Counted from the stretch's first letter, positions 31,082 through 45,482 are shown. The stretch is 64,000 bases of DNA from Eledone cirrhosa (GCA_964016885.1 OZ024742.1:102052001-102116000), one strand, 5' to 3'. The notes: a model not told the origin generated them from the letters alone. Translations and numbers: made by a program.

Positions 31082-32390
31082 TATATATAATTGTTTCTAC
31101 TTTTGGCACAAGGCCAGCAATTTCCCAGTGTATTACTGGTACTTTATTTTATCGACCCCCGTAAGGATGAAAGGCAAAGTTAACCTCGGCGGGATTTGAA
31201 CTCAGAATGGCAAGGGCCGTATATCTATGCGTCAAAGCATGGCGTCCGACCCTCTACCGATACTGCCAATTCAATATAATGCCAATGATTGTAAGTTTGA
31301 ATCCGACATGCAAAAACATATATATATATATATATATATTTATTAAAATAACAGATTAAAGTTCAAATTTATTATTATTACTATATATATATATATATAT
31401 GAATAAAGTAAGCAAAAATCATAGTAGATTCAAATATCACAGAGAGAGGGGGAGGGGGAGAAATGAGGTGCAACAGGAATGAAACATGGATTACATCTTA
31501 AAATATAGTCTAGATAGATGAGAAACAAAATGAGGATGTAGTTTATGGAACACCTAAATGATTTAGAAGTCGACCTTAAGTAGGAACAATAACATTAAGA
31601 AAGACATGAACGACACCACATCATTTTGTTTTGAAAATAGGTTTATAAGTATGAATTTTCGTAAGATTTTCGTAGCTGTCTCAGTGGACTAGCGGTAGGT
31701 ACTTGTGACGACGGAGATCCTGGTCTTGCATTCAATCCTGGTCAAGAGGTACATGTAATCTTTTTCAATTTTTATTTTACATCTCTTAGAAAAAAACTGA
31801 ATAGGTTTACGCGGAGCCTACTCCCGACCAAGATCGAACTTCAGACCAGGATCACCACCGTCTATGATTCCTCCAACTAGGCCGCCGCGACAGCTACAAA
31901 GGTATAATGAAAATTAATAATTATAAACCTACTTTCAAAATCAAAGTTAAAAAGTTGTGGTGTCGTTCATGGCTTTCCTAGAGCTAATAGTAATATTTAG
32001 GGTCGACTTGTCAATCTTCTGATTCATATGTGTTGAATTAATTTAATTTGATTATTTTAACAAACAATATATATATTGGAGGGAGGGGAAAGTCGATTAA
32101 ATCGACCCCAATGCATTACTACGACTCCATCAAACATTACGGGTCTTAAAAACATACCTGTGCCCAGAGAACATATAACTCTTTACACAAATTTCCACTC
32201 TCGCTATGAATTATTCCGTTACACTCTAGCCGTGTAACAAACTTGGACACTTCAAAAAGTTCGAGTCAACGAGGAAACCTCTTTGTGGCCGCTCACATTG
32301 CTAGATATAGCTGAAAAATCTTTCTCAAGTCACTTTTTACCGTCTTAGAAAATAAACAAGTTAAAGTATTACATACAGGAAACCCCGCCC

Positions 32391-32592
32391 TACGAGGGTG
32401 GGCCGAAAAGTTCACAGGTTAACTACGAAGGAGTAATGCTAGTGTAGTGATATCTTGTATGAATTAATTTCAATTCTTCTTATTAATAATAACATTGTTT
32501 CTTTCAGGGGGTTATGTTGAAAAATAAAGCTCATCTGGTCATTCCATGAGAGTATCTTGGTCAGCCTATGAACTTTTCAGCCGACCCTCGTA
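32391..32592. mobile_element. Tc1/mariner-type MITE (second copy 35220-35426)
   Basis: TA-cgagggtgggccgaaaagttca / tgaacttttcagccgaccctcg-TA. Confidence 0.8.
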
Positions 32593-32612
32593 TAACGGGG
32601 TTTCCTGCGGAC

Positions 32613-32643
<31 letters not shown>

Positions 32644-33410
32644 GGTGGTCATGGATGTAATACTTTTGAGTATAGTTATATGACTCGATCAGTGCTAACC
32701 TGAAATTAAACAACAGTAACAACTTTGAAAAATCAGACATAACTCAATACCAAAAAGATCATTATTTCATTGTGGATTGTTTCTACTTTTGGCACAAGGC
32801 CAGCAATTATCCAGTGTATTACTGGTACTTTATTTTATCGACTCCGTAAGGATGAAAGGCGAGGTTAACTTTGCCTTTCATCCTTACGGGGTCGATAAAA
32901 TAAAGTACCAGTAATACACTGGGTAATTGCTGGCCTTGTGCCAAAAGTAGAAAGAATTATTTCATTGTGGATTGGCAGTATCGGTAGAGGGTTGGACGCC
33001 ATGTTTTGACGCATAGAGTTACGGCCCTTGCCATTCTGAGTTCAAATCCCGCCGTGGTTAACTTTGCCTTTCATCCTTACAGGGTCGATAAAATAAAGTA
33101 CCAGTAATGCACTGGTTAATTGCTGGCCTTGTGCCAAAATAGAAACAATTATTTCATTTGACCACACTACACCACAAAACTTAAAGGTTATCACATCATT
33201 ATTATTTTTATTTATGGTTTCAGTCAGAGAACATAAGTTCAAGGTGTATCGATGAGGGATGACCTGGGTTTGCATAACCAGGGTAACCACTATAAAAATC
33301 AGTCAACTAGTAACAAGGAATTCTTTAACCCTTTCGTTAGCATATTTCTAATGAAAATACACTACCTGTGATGTTCAAATTATTTTGAAAGTAATCAACA
33401 ATTTAGAAAG

Positions 33411-33483
<73 letters not shown>

Positions 33484-33804
33484 TGGGGGTGGAAGTCAGA
33501 TATATATATATAGAGGAAGATCGACACCCAATTTTTTCATTTGTACTTTATTTATCGACCTTGAAAGAATGAAAGGCAAAGTTGACTTTAGCAGGATTTG
33601 AACTCAGACAGCACAGTGAGACGGAATACCGCGAAGCATTCATATCAGATATTCTAACGACTCTCTGCCAATTGGCCGCCTTATAGTATAAGGTACGGGT
33701 TGGCAAACTAAGCTGACAGGCTGGATTGGAAATATTTTTTATCTCTTGCGGGTCAAAACGAATAAAACATAAAACCATAACCATACAAGATTATGTAAAA
33801 AGCT

Positions 33805-34001
33805 CGGAGGCTCGCAGCCAAGATCATCTGCAAGTCTGATGCACCTGAACTAGACGAGGAACTCAACACGGTCGGCGTGGTGAGCGGGTGGGAGGGGACC
33901 ACCCATGTCGCTAGATAGTTCACCAACGACTCGCCTCCCGTGCCAACGCCGTTGATTCCAGGCATATTATCGTTAAGCTTGACATGAGAAATGTCTTCAA
34001 C
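33805..34001 (+). pseudogene. CRE-like LINE RT fragment
   Basis: RRLAAKII...VGVVSGWEGTTHVAR and IIVKLDMRNVFN, resembling the CRE-clade GVGVxGGxEAxxH and KLDxxNAFN motifs. Confidence 0.6.
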
Positions 34002-35603
34002 TGACTACATTATTTTAATGTTTTTCTTTATAAACGTTTAAGGTAGAATACATAAATGTTTTCCCCTGGTGATATAACGAATAACCAACATCGCTGTCTT
34101 TTCTTAATACCATAATATTGTTTCTACTTTAGGCACAAGGCCAGCAATTACTCAGTGCATTACTGGTACTTTATTTTATCGACCCCGTAAGGATGAAAGG
34201 CAAAGTCAACCTGGGCGGGATTTGAACTCAGATCGTAAAGGGACGTAACTATGCGTCAAAGCATGGCGTCCAACCCTCTACCGATACTGCCAATCCACAC
34301 CATAATATTGTTTAATAACGTTAATAATAGTTTCTATTTTAGACATAGGGCCAGCAATTTAGTGGAAGGGGTAAGTCGGTTATATCGATTCTAGAACTTG
34401 ATTAGTACTTTATTTTATTAACCCCGGAAGGATGAAAAATAAATTTAACGACGGTGGGATTTGAACTCAGAAGGTGTAGAGCCGGAATATATATAGAGCA
34501 AAGGTATTTTATCCAACGGTCTACCAATTCTGAAGCCCCTCCTTCTAATTACGCTAATAATTATCTCTACTTTTGACACAAGGCCAGCAATTTAAATGGA
34601 ATGGGGAAGTCTATTAAAACGATCCCAGTGCATTACTGGTACTATATTTTATCGATCTCGTCAAGGTAATCTTGTCGAGATTTGAACGCATGTTGTCCGA
34701 CGCTCTACCGGTACTGCCAATACTCATTAATAAGTCAAACAAGTTCTCTCAAATCACACCATCTTATATTTAAAAAAAAAGGGTACATTAACCAGCGTAG
34801 TTATAGCTATACGAGAATATGGGTTGGTCATAGTTTTAATGAATACATACAGTTGATCAGACTATTGAAAAATCATCGTTATAACCGACGGAAGATCCAC
34901 CATCATATGTATGTTCTCTGTCTATCTCGGTGAGACAGTCTGTTTCGGAAAAATTCTCGGATTTTTTTTCCTAGAGAGCGGGAAAGAGTGAGAGAGTATA
35001 TCCAGCTTTATTTTAGATATGAAATAATTGTTTTTAATAGTTTAAGATGTTCATGATAAGAGCTTCTCCAACAACTGCTCATCTTTTGAAATAGATTTTC
35101 TTTTTATAGGCTTCGATAAAAATATATATTCTTCATTTCTTAAAACCTCATTATTCAGTGTCAGAAATATTATTATGTAATCTAACAAATGGTTATTATA
35201 CATTCCCATAGCACAGTAATACGTTAGTAGGCTGAAAAGTTCATTGACTGACTATGAAGGATTTATTGATGCTAGAGCTGTGAAATCTTACATGCGATTA
35301 ATTTCAACTCTTCTTATTAATAACTGCATTGTTCCTTTCCAGGGACTGTGTTGAAAAATAAACCTCATTTAGTTATTCCATGAGAGTATCTTGGTCAGCC
35401 TATGAACTTTTCAGCCGACCCACGTATACTGGTCGGCAATCTCTTATTTTCTGCTTTTCATCCTCCTCTGTAGCATTTGCGTATTTTTTCTCGTCTCTTT
35501 TCATCATCTCCATATATTCCGTTTTTAGCATTAAAAAAATGTTTCTTCTTTGCTGCTAAATCTCATCTTATTTTACACCCTCGCCCACTGGAATTTAGTA
35601 TAC

Positions 35604-35926
35604 GAGGGGTTCCCAAACTTTTTTACGTCATCGCCCACTTTCACATGGAAAAAATTACCACCACCCTCCTGTATAGTAAATGTTCAAAAGCATATAAAAA
35701 ATGTTTGGTAAAAGTTTGTTACTGGTTCGTTATTCCTATTTAGCCTCCTGTTTTGTTTTAATAAAGATTCTTTGAATATTTTTTAAAGTATCTTCTTAAT
35801 ACTCAAAATCCTATATCACCTATCAAAATTTCCAGTCGCCCACCATTTTCTATTTAGTTGCTCATCACCTGCTCAACAGTTGATATCGCCAACCGGTGGG
35901 CGATTTACCCAGGTTGGAAAACTCTG
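35604..35926. mobile_element. hAT (Charlie-like) MITE
   Basis: Termini gaggggttcccaaac / gttggaaaactctg. Confidence 0.5.
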
Positions 35927-36898
35927 CTCTAGACCAATGGTTCTCAAAATGATTAATACTAACCCCTCCGCAAATATTACAGACTTATTCCTTCGCTATT
36001 CTTCTATATTAAAGAGCAGACAAATATATTTATATGATATTTTAACATTATAATGGTTCTAATTAGGCACAAAGCCTGTAATTATTTTAGAGGGTGGGGG
36101 TAAATCGATTATATATGTAGCAAAGGCATATTGTCCAACTGTCTACCATTTCTGAAGCCACCGCTCTCTAAGAACCACCCTCTAATTATCTATACTTTTG
36201 GCACAAGACTAGCAATTTGAATGGAAAGGGAAAGTCATTTATATCGACCCTAGTACTTGACCAGTTCTTCTACTCTGAGATCCCAATTTTCCTTTTCTCG
36301 AACCTCCGTATCAATAGCTTGTTATTTAGTAGTCCTCATTTACACAGCTGGCTGTCTACCATAAGGATTACGAAAAGTGACCAAAACTTTCTCTGTGACC
36401 GTTTAAAAAGGTATTATGCAACATTTCTTTCTAACATAGCAGATAGAGGTCGCACAATATTGGGTTGGTGTTTGGAATATGACTCAAGCTTTCCTTGGGG
36501 CTTTTAAAATGGTATCTAACATAACAGATCAACAATTTGTAAAAAGTTACAACCAGGACTATTTCTACTAACTGGATATACCAGGTTCGAAAGAACCTGG
36601 TATATCTGCGAGATACGGACGTGTATACTTGGCAAAGGCTGAGTAAACTAAACCATAGCTAACGTCATACACATGGAAACAATACCTTTGAGCACTCCAT
36701 ACAAATTAATTTTGCATGTGGCATCTATACCAAAGTGTGTCACACTGCAGGTTAGTTAACATGACACCATAAAGCATGCCACGGCAATCAAACTCAAGCA
36801 GGTGTCAGCACACTGTGTGGTATGACATGTATGTCACTTCCTGGTATGACATGTCCATTTAATGCGACATCAGCGACAGAAATATCAATAACACGTTT

Positions 36899-37730
36899 TT
36901 GTCAATGTTTTATAGGCATCACATCAGGCAGCTGGAAAAGTTTCATCAGCATTGTATTCGACGCATTCTGAACATCAAGTGGTCTTCTTACAGACCTGAT
37001 GCTGCTGTACTTGAGAAAGCAGACAGCGCCAGTATTGAGAAGAGAAGTATTATGAACCAGATGCGTTTGGGCTGGTCATGTGGTCAGGATGGAAGATGGA
37101 AGGCCTCCTAAACAGTTATTTTATGGGAGCTGACCAGAGCGAAAGGCCACCGCATAAACCAAAGAAGTAGTTTAAGGATGTCATAAAAGACAATCTTAAT
37201 GCACTGAAGATTGATATGGAGAACTGTGAGACAATGGTTGAAGGCCGTACATCATGGAGAAGGATCATCAAGTATGGATGTGATGTCTTTGAGAAAAAGC
37301 GAGTGGAGAAAGCTGCTTTGAAGTATTCACTTCGTAAGCGGGACCCAAGTGCGGCGCCTGCAAAATTCCAGCAGAAATTGATATGCAATCTATGTGGCTG
37401 ATTTCTTCTATCAAGAGCTGGATTTATCAGCCCTCTGAAGTCATGCGAGGTTGAAAAGAAATCGAGCCACTTGTGAGAGAGTTCTATCGCCCCGCACTCC
37501 CTCATGGTACATATGCAATGGGTGTGGTGGCTTCATTTGCAAGTCCGCTGGTGAACTGACCAGACATAGTAGAATGCATGAAGATACACCCCAGTCGGTT
37601 TTATCAGGAGAGACACGGTTTAAGTGTCACATTTGTGAACGTGCCTACAAAACAAAACCGGATGTGAAAAGTCATCTGAGTGCACATGATCATGCAATGT
37701 TCAATGAAGGGATGGCACTCTTTTGATAAG

Positions 37731-37732
<2 letters not shown>
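36899..37732 (+). mobile_element. RTE-clade LINE 3' fragment with C2H2 zinc-finger tail
   Basis: LEKFHQHCIRRILNIKW, WAGHVVRMEDGRPPKQLFYG, then CNLC, CNGC and CHIC..H..H fingers; ends at (CA)n. Confidence 0.85.
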
Positions 37733-37800
<68 letters not shown>

Positions 37801-37879
37801 TGTGTGTGTGTCTATGTATGTATGTGTGTGTGTGTGTCTATGTATGTATCTATGTATGTGCGTATGCATGTATGTTCGT

Positions 37880-40848
37880 ATGTATGTTTTCTCTTTCTCT
37901 TAATTTCGAGTATATTTTTTTTGATCGGCCACCTTCCTGGTGGCAAGGTTGTAAAAGAAAAGAAATTATCATCCCTTGAATCGCAAGAATGTTTTGCAAA
38001 TTTTGAAGGTGCCAGCTATCGCAGCCATTTGCAGACTATGAATTAGGGAGCTGCGCTTTTTGTCCGCAAATCCAAGTTCAGTCATACTTTGGTTCAAGCG
38101 GGTTGGTATATAACCCGTAGCTCCAATAATGATGGGTATGAAGCTAAAGGTGTATCTTGGATACTGGATTTGTAAACTCCTCATCAAAGGTCCGTAGATG
38201 TCCTCCTTCTCCTGTATTTTTCTGACAACGTTTACATCAAGTGGGCAGTTGATCTCCACAACAGAACACGTTTTCAATGTGTGGTCCCAAACTACAATAT
38301 CAGGCCGGTTGTGCTTTAATTTGGTGGCAGTTTTTATTTTCAGGTTCCACCAGTATTCCTTAGTGCCATCTGTCTCAATATATTCTTCATCGTTTGTTGT
38401 TAATTTTGTTTTCCGAAGTGCGTTCCAGATGGTTCTAGCTATCCCATCGTGTCTCATGGGGAGGTAGTAGCGAGATGACATTCTTTCGCAGCTGGCAACA
38501 ATGTGGCTTACATCCTCGATCTTTGTTTTACAGAGCCTACATTTATTGTCAGTTGCTGGCCCTCCTCTTTTGTGCAGCAGATATTTGGTAGGGAGTTCTT
38601 GTTCCTGTATTGCATAGAGATATCCCTCAAGGTGTGATGTCATAAACTTGTCGGAACTCCATGCCAGGCTTTTTGAGTGGTTTATCCCCTCTATGGTCTG
38701 TGTTTTACGCCTCAAGTATCCATGCACAACTTTTTCTGTAAATTGTATGTATGTATGTATGTATGTATGTATGTATGTATGTATGTATGTATGTATGTAT
38801 GTACGTATGTATGTATGTATGTATGTCAGGTCACCAGTCGGTGCTACTGGTAACATGTATCCCAGTACAACCTGTCTCATGGTCGGGTCGTTGGCGACTA
38901 AACTGGCAACCCCACCAAGGTTTCTTGGTGAGGAGGGTGACTTTGGACATCCTGCAGGGCTAAAAACAAAACCTGTCAAAGGGCAAAGGAGCTCTTAAGA
39001 GTCAATGGCCATCCAAAATCACCGGGAGAGATGACCCCTTAGCCTTTGTCAAGGCAGAATTCTAGGAGAAGGAAAATTCTGATATAACACCTGCAACCCT
39101 GATGGTATCCAATGATGTTGACTTGTTCTTCTTTTTGGTAAATATCATCTTGGTTAACAGAGTGGGACTGGCTTTGTGCAGTGCCTTTCCTCACTATAAA
39201 AGCTTCACGGCACAGGCATTGCTTTGTATCTGGAAATCTCTCTGCACTTGTCGTCACATGGTACCATGGGCCCAGCACTATGTGTCAATAATTGTTACAA
39301 GTGTAGTGTTTGTACCAGAGTTTTCAAGTCGCTGGCTGGACTAAAAAGTCACACTCGTTCAGCGCATCGGTAGGGGGTTCTCCTACATGGATATAAAGTA
39401 GTGGCCGTACTCGAAAACGAGTTGGCAGCCACCATGTATGTATGTATGTATGTATGTATGTATGTATGTATGTATGTATGTATGTATGTATGTATGTATG
39501 TATGTATGTTCTTCTGGCTTTATAATTTCACAAAGTTTAACCAATAGAGAGAGAGTCGGTTTCTAACATAGACATAAGACTCTCTCATTGGAATTTACAC
39601 AACATCAACTAGGTAGATATGTATGTATGCATGCATGTGTAGATATGGATGTTATTGTATGTGTGGATGTGTATGTTTTGAGTTGTATGTGCGCATGTGT
39701 ATATGCAGTTATTAGATGCAAAATTTTTGGAATGTTTTACATATTTTTACTGTTCCATGAATGGATTGTACTTGTAGTTTCCTAACTAGTTGTGTTCTTT
39801 CTGTTCCTGTGAAGCCTAGCTTCTCAAGATTTGTATTGAGGCAGTTACTAACATATCCCAGTGCCCCAATAATCACAGGCATAAATCAGGTATAATCGGG
39901 GTGGAGTATCTGCAAATTTCTCATCAGTTCTGCATAAATATTCTCCTTTTCACTAATCTTTGATATTATATTGGCATCTGCTGGGCAGCTAATTTCCACT
40001 ACTGTGCATGCTTTCTTCTCCCTGTCCCATATCATAATATCTGGTCTGTTATGCCTGCATTTTATTGAGGTTTTTACTGGAACATTCCACCAGTACTCTT
40101 TGATATTATGTACATGGATGTCTTCCACATTGTTGTAGCTTTTAATGTGTTTATTATCGGGGCTATCTTTTTTACGAACTGCATTGTACAGTGTTTTGGC
40201 CACTACATCATACCTCATAGGTAGATAGTACCGCGATGACATCTTTAGACAGCTGCTGATGACATGGGTGATATCTTCGATGTTAGTTTGGCAGAGTCTG
40301 CACTTGCTATCACATCTAGGTGTTTTACCTGCATCCCTATCTCTTTTGTGAATCAGGTATTTCGTGCTAATCTCCTGTTCCTGGATTGCAAAAGCGTATC
40401 CTTCAAAGTGGGAACCAATATAGCGGTTGTTGGTGCAAGATAGACTACTTTCCTTATCTATATTACTCTCACTCTGGAGCTTCCTGGCAACATATCCATG
40501 CATGATTTTTTGCTGATAAGCATGCAGTTCTTCATCCATGGATTCACTGCGATACTGCTGAGCGACATCCCTGGGTGTGAGATTTGATTATCACACAGGG
40601 AATATCTCTCAAGGAGTTCCTTCCCAACTCTCATGATCTTATCTGTTTCATGCAGATAGACTTGCTCGTGAAGCGGGCTCCTACGCTTCGAGGTTCGTAG
40701 ATGTTGTCGGAGAGATATGATGCGACATTCAAATGTTGTCTGGACTGATGTTAGGCCTCCCTGCTTACGTTTCAAGTAAAGGCGGTCTATATCACTGTTG
40801 ATGTGGAAGTTTCCGGTGTTGTTCAGTATTTTTCGAGTTCCAACATCA
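37880..40848 (-). mobile_element. Two R4/Dong-like LINE 3' fragments in (GTAT)n
   Basis: CRLC..HIVASC, RHD and RPDIVVWD RLE motifs (37969-38745; 39790-40848). Inverted counterparts of 53400-55380. Confidence 0.88.
38826..39435 (+). mobile_element. Non-coding retroelement segment in (GTAT)n (partial copy 40890-41302, relative 14700-15147)
   Basis: Repeated in the window; hairpin-rich head and a ctaggagaaggaaaa.tctga motif recalling RTE-type 5' UTRs. Confidence 0.55.
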
Positions 40849-40859
40849 ATGTATGTATG

Positions 40860-40892
<33 letters not shown>

Positions 40893-41430
40893 CACCGGGA
40901 GAGATAACCCCTTAGCCTTTGTAAAGGCAGAATTCTAGAAGGAAAACTCTGATATAACACCTGCAAATCTGATGGTATCCAATGATGTTGACTTGTTCTT
41001 CTTTTTGGTAAATATCTTTGTTAAGAGAGTGGGACTGGCTTTGTGCAGTGCCTTTGCTCACTATAAAAGCTTCACGACACAGGCATTGCTTTATATCTGG
41101 AGATCTCTCTGCACTTGTCGTCACATGGTACCATGGGCCCAGCACTATGTGTCAATAATTGTCACAAGTGTAGTGTTTGTACCAGAGTTTTCAAGTCGCT
41201 GGCTGGACTAAAAAGTCACACTCGTTCAGCGCATCGGTAGGGGTTCTCCTACATGGATATAAAGTAGTGGCCGTACTCGAAAACGAGTTGGCAGCCACCA
41301 TGTATGTATGTATGTATGTATATATATATACATATATATATATATGTATGTAATATATCTATCTATGTTCGTATGTATATATGTATATATGTATGCATAT
41401 ATATATATATATACTTGCATACACACACAT

Positions 41431-41473
<43 letters not shown>

Positions 41474-42447
41474 CAGGTGAGGTTACTCTGTTGTTCTCAA
41501 ATACCCTATACGACCGTCTATACATGGCAGTAAAATCTCCTAGTTTCCTTATAAATAACTTCGTTGTTATTGTTGTGGTCTATATCACTATGACATTGTT
41601 GCTATTGTTGTTTGTTGTTATTATTGTAACTATATTCTTTTGCTGCTCCTATTGTTGCTGCTGCTGCTTCGGTTATTGTTGTTGTCAGCGACACCGTTGT
41701 TGCTATTCTTGTTGCTGTCATTGTTGTTGTTTTTGTTGCTGCTGCTATTATTGTTCTTGTTTATATAAAATATTCTATAGAAGTTACTAAATCTTGTTCT
41801 TTATTGCTGCTGCTGTTGTTGCTGTTGCTGCTGCTGCTGCTGTTGCTGCTACAGCTGTTGCTGCTGTTACTGCTGCTGTTGCTACTGCTACTGTTACTGC
41901 TACCGTTGCTACTGCTGCTGTTGTTGTTGAGCTGGTATGATATTGTTTAGCTTCTAGATCAGCCCTCATTGAACAAAACTTTGATCACAATTCAGTTATG
42001 ACCATCCAGTTTTTCTTTTATTTTCATACATAGTTTATTCTAAACTGCACAATCTAAATCCTTTTCCTTTTAAAGTGATAGAATATGATTCGTGGGAAAC
42101 ATAGCTGCTCTTTAGAGCATATCGAGCGATGACGTAGAGATTCTCATGGTAACTTGAAATAGAATGAAACGTGAGAAAACAAACTTGAAAATATTTTAAA
42201 ATATTATCTTTAAATGACAGTATGTTGTTGTTGTTTAACCAGACGTCAGTCTCACCAAGCGGACCCATAATGGAAGGTTATTTATTATACACTGATATAT
42301 TCAGACTTATGTCCCCCTGTTGTGGTTGTTTCAGACGTTATGCTATCCAGCAATTATCATTACTATACACTAATAAAAGGCGGTGGATCGGCAGAGTCGG
42401 TAGAACGTCGGACAATATGCTTTGTAGTATATATATATATATATATA

Positions 42448-42557
42448 GGAAAATGTTTGACCCCGACGGCAGAGCTCAAGCCGTTTCGACGTCTATTTCT
42501 GGACTCCAGAAATAGTCGTCGAAACGGCTTGAGCTCTGCCATCGGGGTCAAACATTT

Positions 42558-42560
<3 letters not shown>
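42448..42560. repeat. TA-flanked fold-back element (~55-bp arms) inserted into a SINE
   Basis: Near-perfect palindrome; SINE sequence resumes on both sides (42380-42428, 42612-42770). Confidence 0.85.
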
Positions 42561-42614
<54 letters not shown>

Positions 42615-43682
42615 CGTCCCTTTACGTTCTGAGTTCAATTTCCGCCGAGGTTAGTTTTGCCTTCCATCCTTACGGGTTCGATAAAATAAAGTACCAGTAA
42701 TGCACCGGAATCGATTTAATCGACCCTCCCCTCAAATTGTTGGCCCTTGCATCTAAATCATAAACCATTGGTGGATTGGCAGTATCGGTAGAGGGTCGGA
42801 CGCCATGCGTTGACGCATAGAGTTACGACCCTTTCCACTCTGAGTTCAAATCCCGCCGAGGTTAACTTTGCCTTTCATCCTTACGGGGTCGATAAAATAA
42901 AGTACCAGTACTGGGTAATTGCTGGCCTTGTGCCAAAAGTTCTGGGTAATTGCTGGCCTTGTGCCAGAAGTAGAAACCATTATTATACACTAAAATATTC
43001 TGATTAGTGTCCTTATCTTCATTATTATAGACACTGCAGCACTTACCAACAACTACACGTACCAACACTGTCAAATTTTCAAAGTCTGAAAGCTGCATAA
43101 CATCATGCCGATTCAGATCTGTCAACTCTCCCCGTCGGACGAGATCATCTCCCACCCACTTTGGGCTGGGGTGGGTGAGAAATCTCTTCTCTTGTGAAAA
43201 TGCGTATAGTTTTCATTATGTAAAATCTCCCCATTTTGCCCCATTTCACCCCGTTATGGGACGCTTTTTTTCATGGTACTCCCCGTTTGGGTTTTTAGAG
43301 GTTGGTAGGTCTGCTATTATTATATCCAACAAAAACCTCAAATCAAGTAACCTCACACAGACACATCAGCCTCATGTGCACACTAAAGTAAACATCCTAA
43401 AAAAGGCAAACCCTTTACACTACTAATCTACTCATCGACTCCATCTGAGGCACAACATAAATTCCGACCACTATACACGAACCTAACGCTGAATATATAG
43501 AGGGTTCAAGAACAAATATTCCTCCCAAATCTTCCCTTCTAACTCCCATCGACTTTGGTACGGCTTTAGACTCCATTGCTTGTTAACAACTTATACGGAA
43601 AAACATTAATACCACCTTAAAATACTTTATACTACCTTAAAAATACGTAATACTACCTTAAAAATACGTAATACTATCTTAA

Positions 43683-43898
43683 CCCTTTAGCATTTAAACC
43701 GGCCATATCTGGCCAGAATTCTCTCACCTCTTTCTGTTCAAACCGGTCGTAACCGACCGCTCATACTAATGTTAATTTATTGTTCTCAAAATAGATATTA
43801 AAATCTCAGATTCAATATTTTGTGAGATAATTATGTGAGGTAAAGCTTTTACCTTGAAAATATAATAGTATATATAGAATAATGTAAATGCTAAAAGG
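43683..43898. mobile_element. piggyBac-like MITE
   Basis: TTAA-ccctttagcattta / taaatgctaaaagg-TTGA. Confidence 0.65.
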
Positions 43899-45273
43899 TT
43901 GAAATACTTAATCCCATTCTTGCTAGCTGACTGGACTAGAGCAACGTAAAATAAAGTGTTTTTCCCAAGAACACAATGCGTTGCCGGTAATGAGACTCAC
44001 CATCTTACCATTATGCTCTAAACACCGTAACCACTACGCTACACGCGTTCACTGTTCAAACGTAATACTTGTAATTTTCGAATTGTAAGTTCTAGAAGTG
44101 TTAATTTCGCCCACCAGTTACAATCTGTACTTACAACGACCTTCTCACACCTTCACAAAATATACTGAGAACTTCATATGCAGATGACATCCTACATACA
44201 TTCTCTCACCGTTCTTCAGAAATTGCTGCGCATCTACTTTGTATGTATGGACACGTAACTCTCGATGGAGCGTAGGGACGCCGTCGTGACACTTTAAACC
44301 TGCCGGAGTTCGCTCCAGAGCAGAAATAGAATGAGAGAAATGAAATGAGAAAGAGATGTAGAGGAAGAATCGACGCCAGTTCTGGACTGGTACATATTTT
44401 TCATCGACATCTAAAGGATGAAAGGCAAAGTTGATCTTGATGGGATTTGAACTCAGCACAGAGAGCCGAAACGACTACCGCAATACATTCTTCGACGTTC
44501 TAACGTCTCTACCAATCTACTATTCACAACAAACCTAAACGATCTACAAAGAAGACAAACCAGGGCACACCCACGGTGCACTTACACAACGAAAAAAAAA
44601 AAAAAAACACAAACAAAAACATAAACTACATTTGTAAATAACATTTGGTTAATTTACGAAGCATTTGTCAAATTCGATATTTGAAAATATAGTCGCCGCA
44701 ATGTAAATAACTATAATAATCGTTGATACCTAATAGTTGATGTTATCTAATTAAATGGGGTAAAGAAAATTGATTGAGGCTATTATTGTAGTCCTTTATA
44801 TTGAGACAATCACATTTCAAATGGAAGGTTAGTCCCCCCCCCCCCCTCCAAAGTAGACAGGTCACGTAGACCATATCATGCTCGTATAATCTAATTTTTG
44901 GCAAAGTTTATATGGCTGGATGCACTTCCTAACCCCAAACCCTTAACCAAGTTTACTAGGTGTATTTGTATTTTTAAAAAATCATGCAATTGTAAAAATT
45001 ATTTCCAACTTTCCAACGCTTCCCTCGTAGGTCAACCAATTTTGTTTCCACACATAGTCACGTGTTATTTTTGATTTGTAGCTTTTAATAGTTTACTTTT
45101 TGTTTATAGTTGATAACTGACCCTTTTAACATCTTTTAACACACACACACATACTCACACACATACACACTCACACACATTCACATACATATACACACAG
45201 ACACACACACACATACACATACATATGCACACACTCACACACACTCACACACCTACACATACACACACAGACA

Positions 45274-45344
<71 letters not shown>

Positions 45345-45401
45345 TCTCATGATGTTGACGGATGCGAGACGGGCCATGTAAGCATTTACCCATAAAGATT
45401 C

Positions 45402-45482
45402 ACATATCTGAGGAGCTATCGATTACAGAGTCTGGCCTGATCGTACCTTCAGCTGATCGATAACGAAACACGTGTCATATGT
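45402..45482 (+). ncRNA. Minimal hammerhead ribozyme in (CA)n context
   Basis: acauau-CUGAGGA-gcuaucgauu...gaucgauaac-GAAA-cacgug-UC^auaugu, followed by AATAAA. Confidence 0.85.

Noticed and set aside
37370-37726. C2H2 zinc-finger gene
   Set aside because: Contiguous with the RTE LINE 3' ORF remnant and contains stops and frameshifts.
43380-44260. Old LINE RT remnant (SYADD at ~44172)
   Set aside because: Too fragmentary to delimit or classify.
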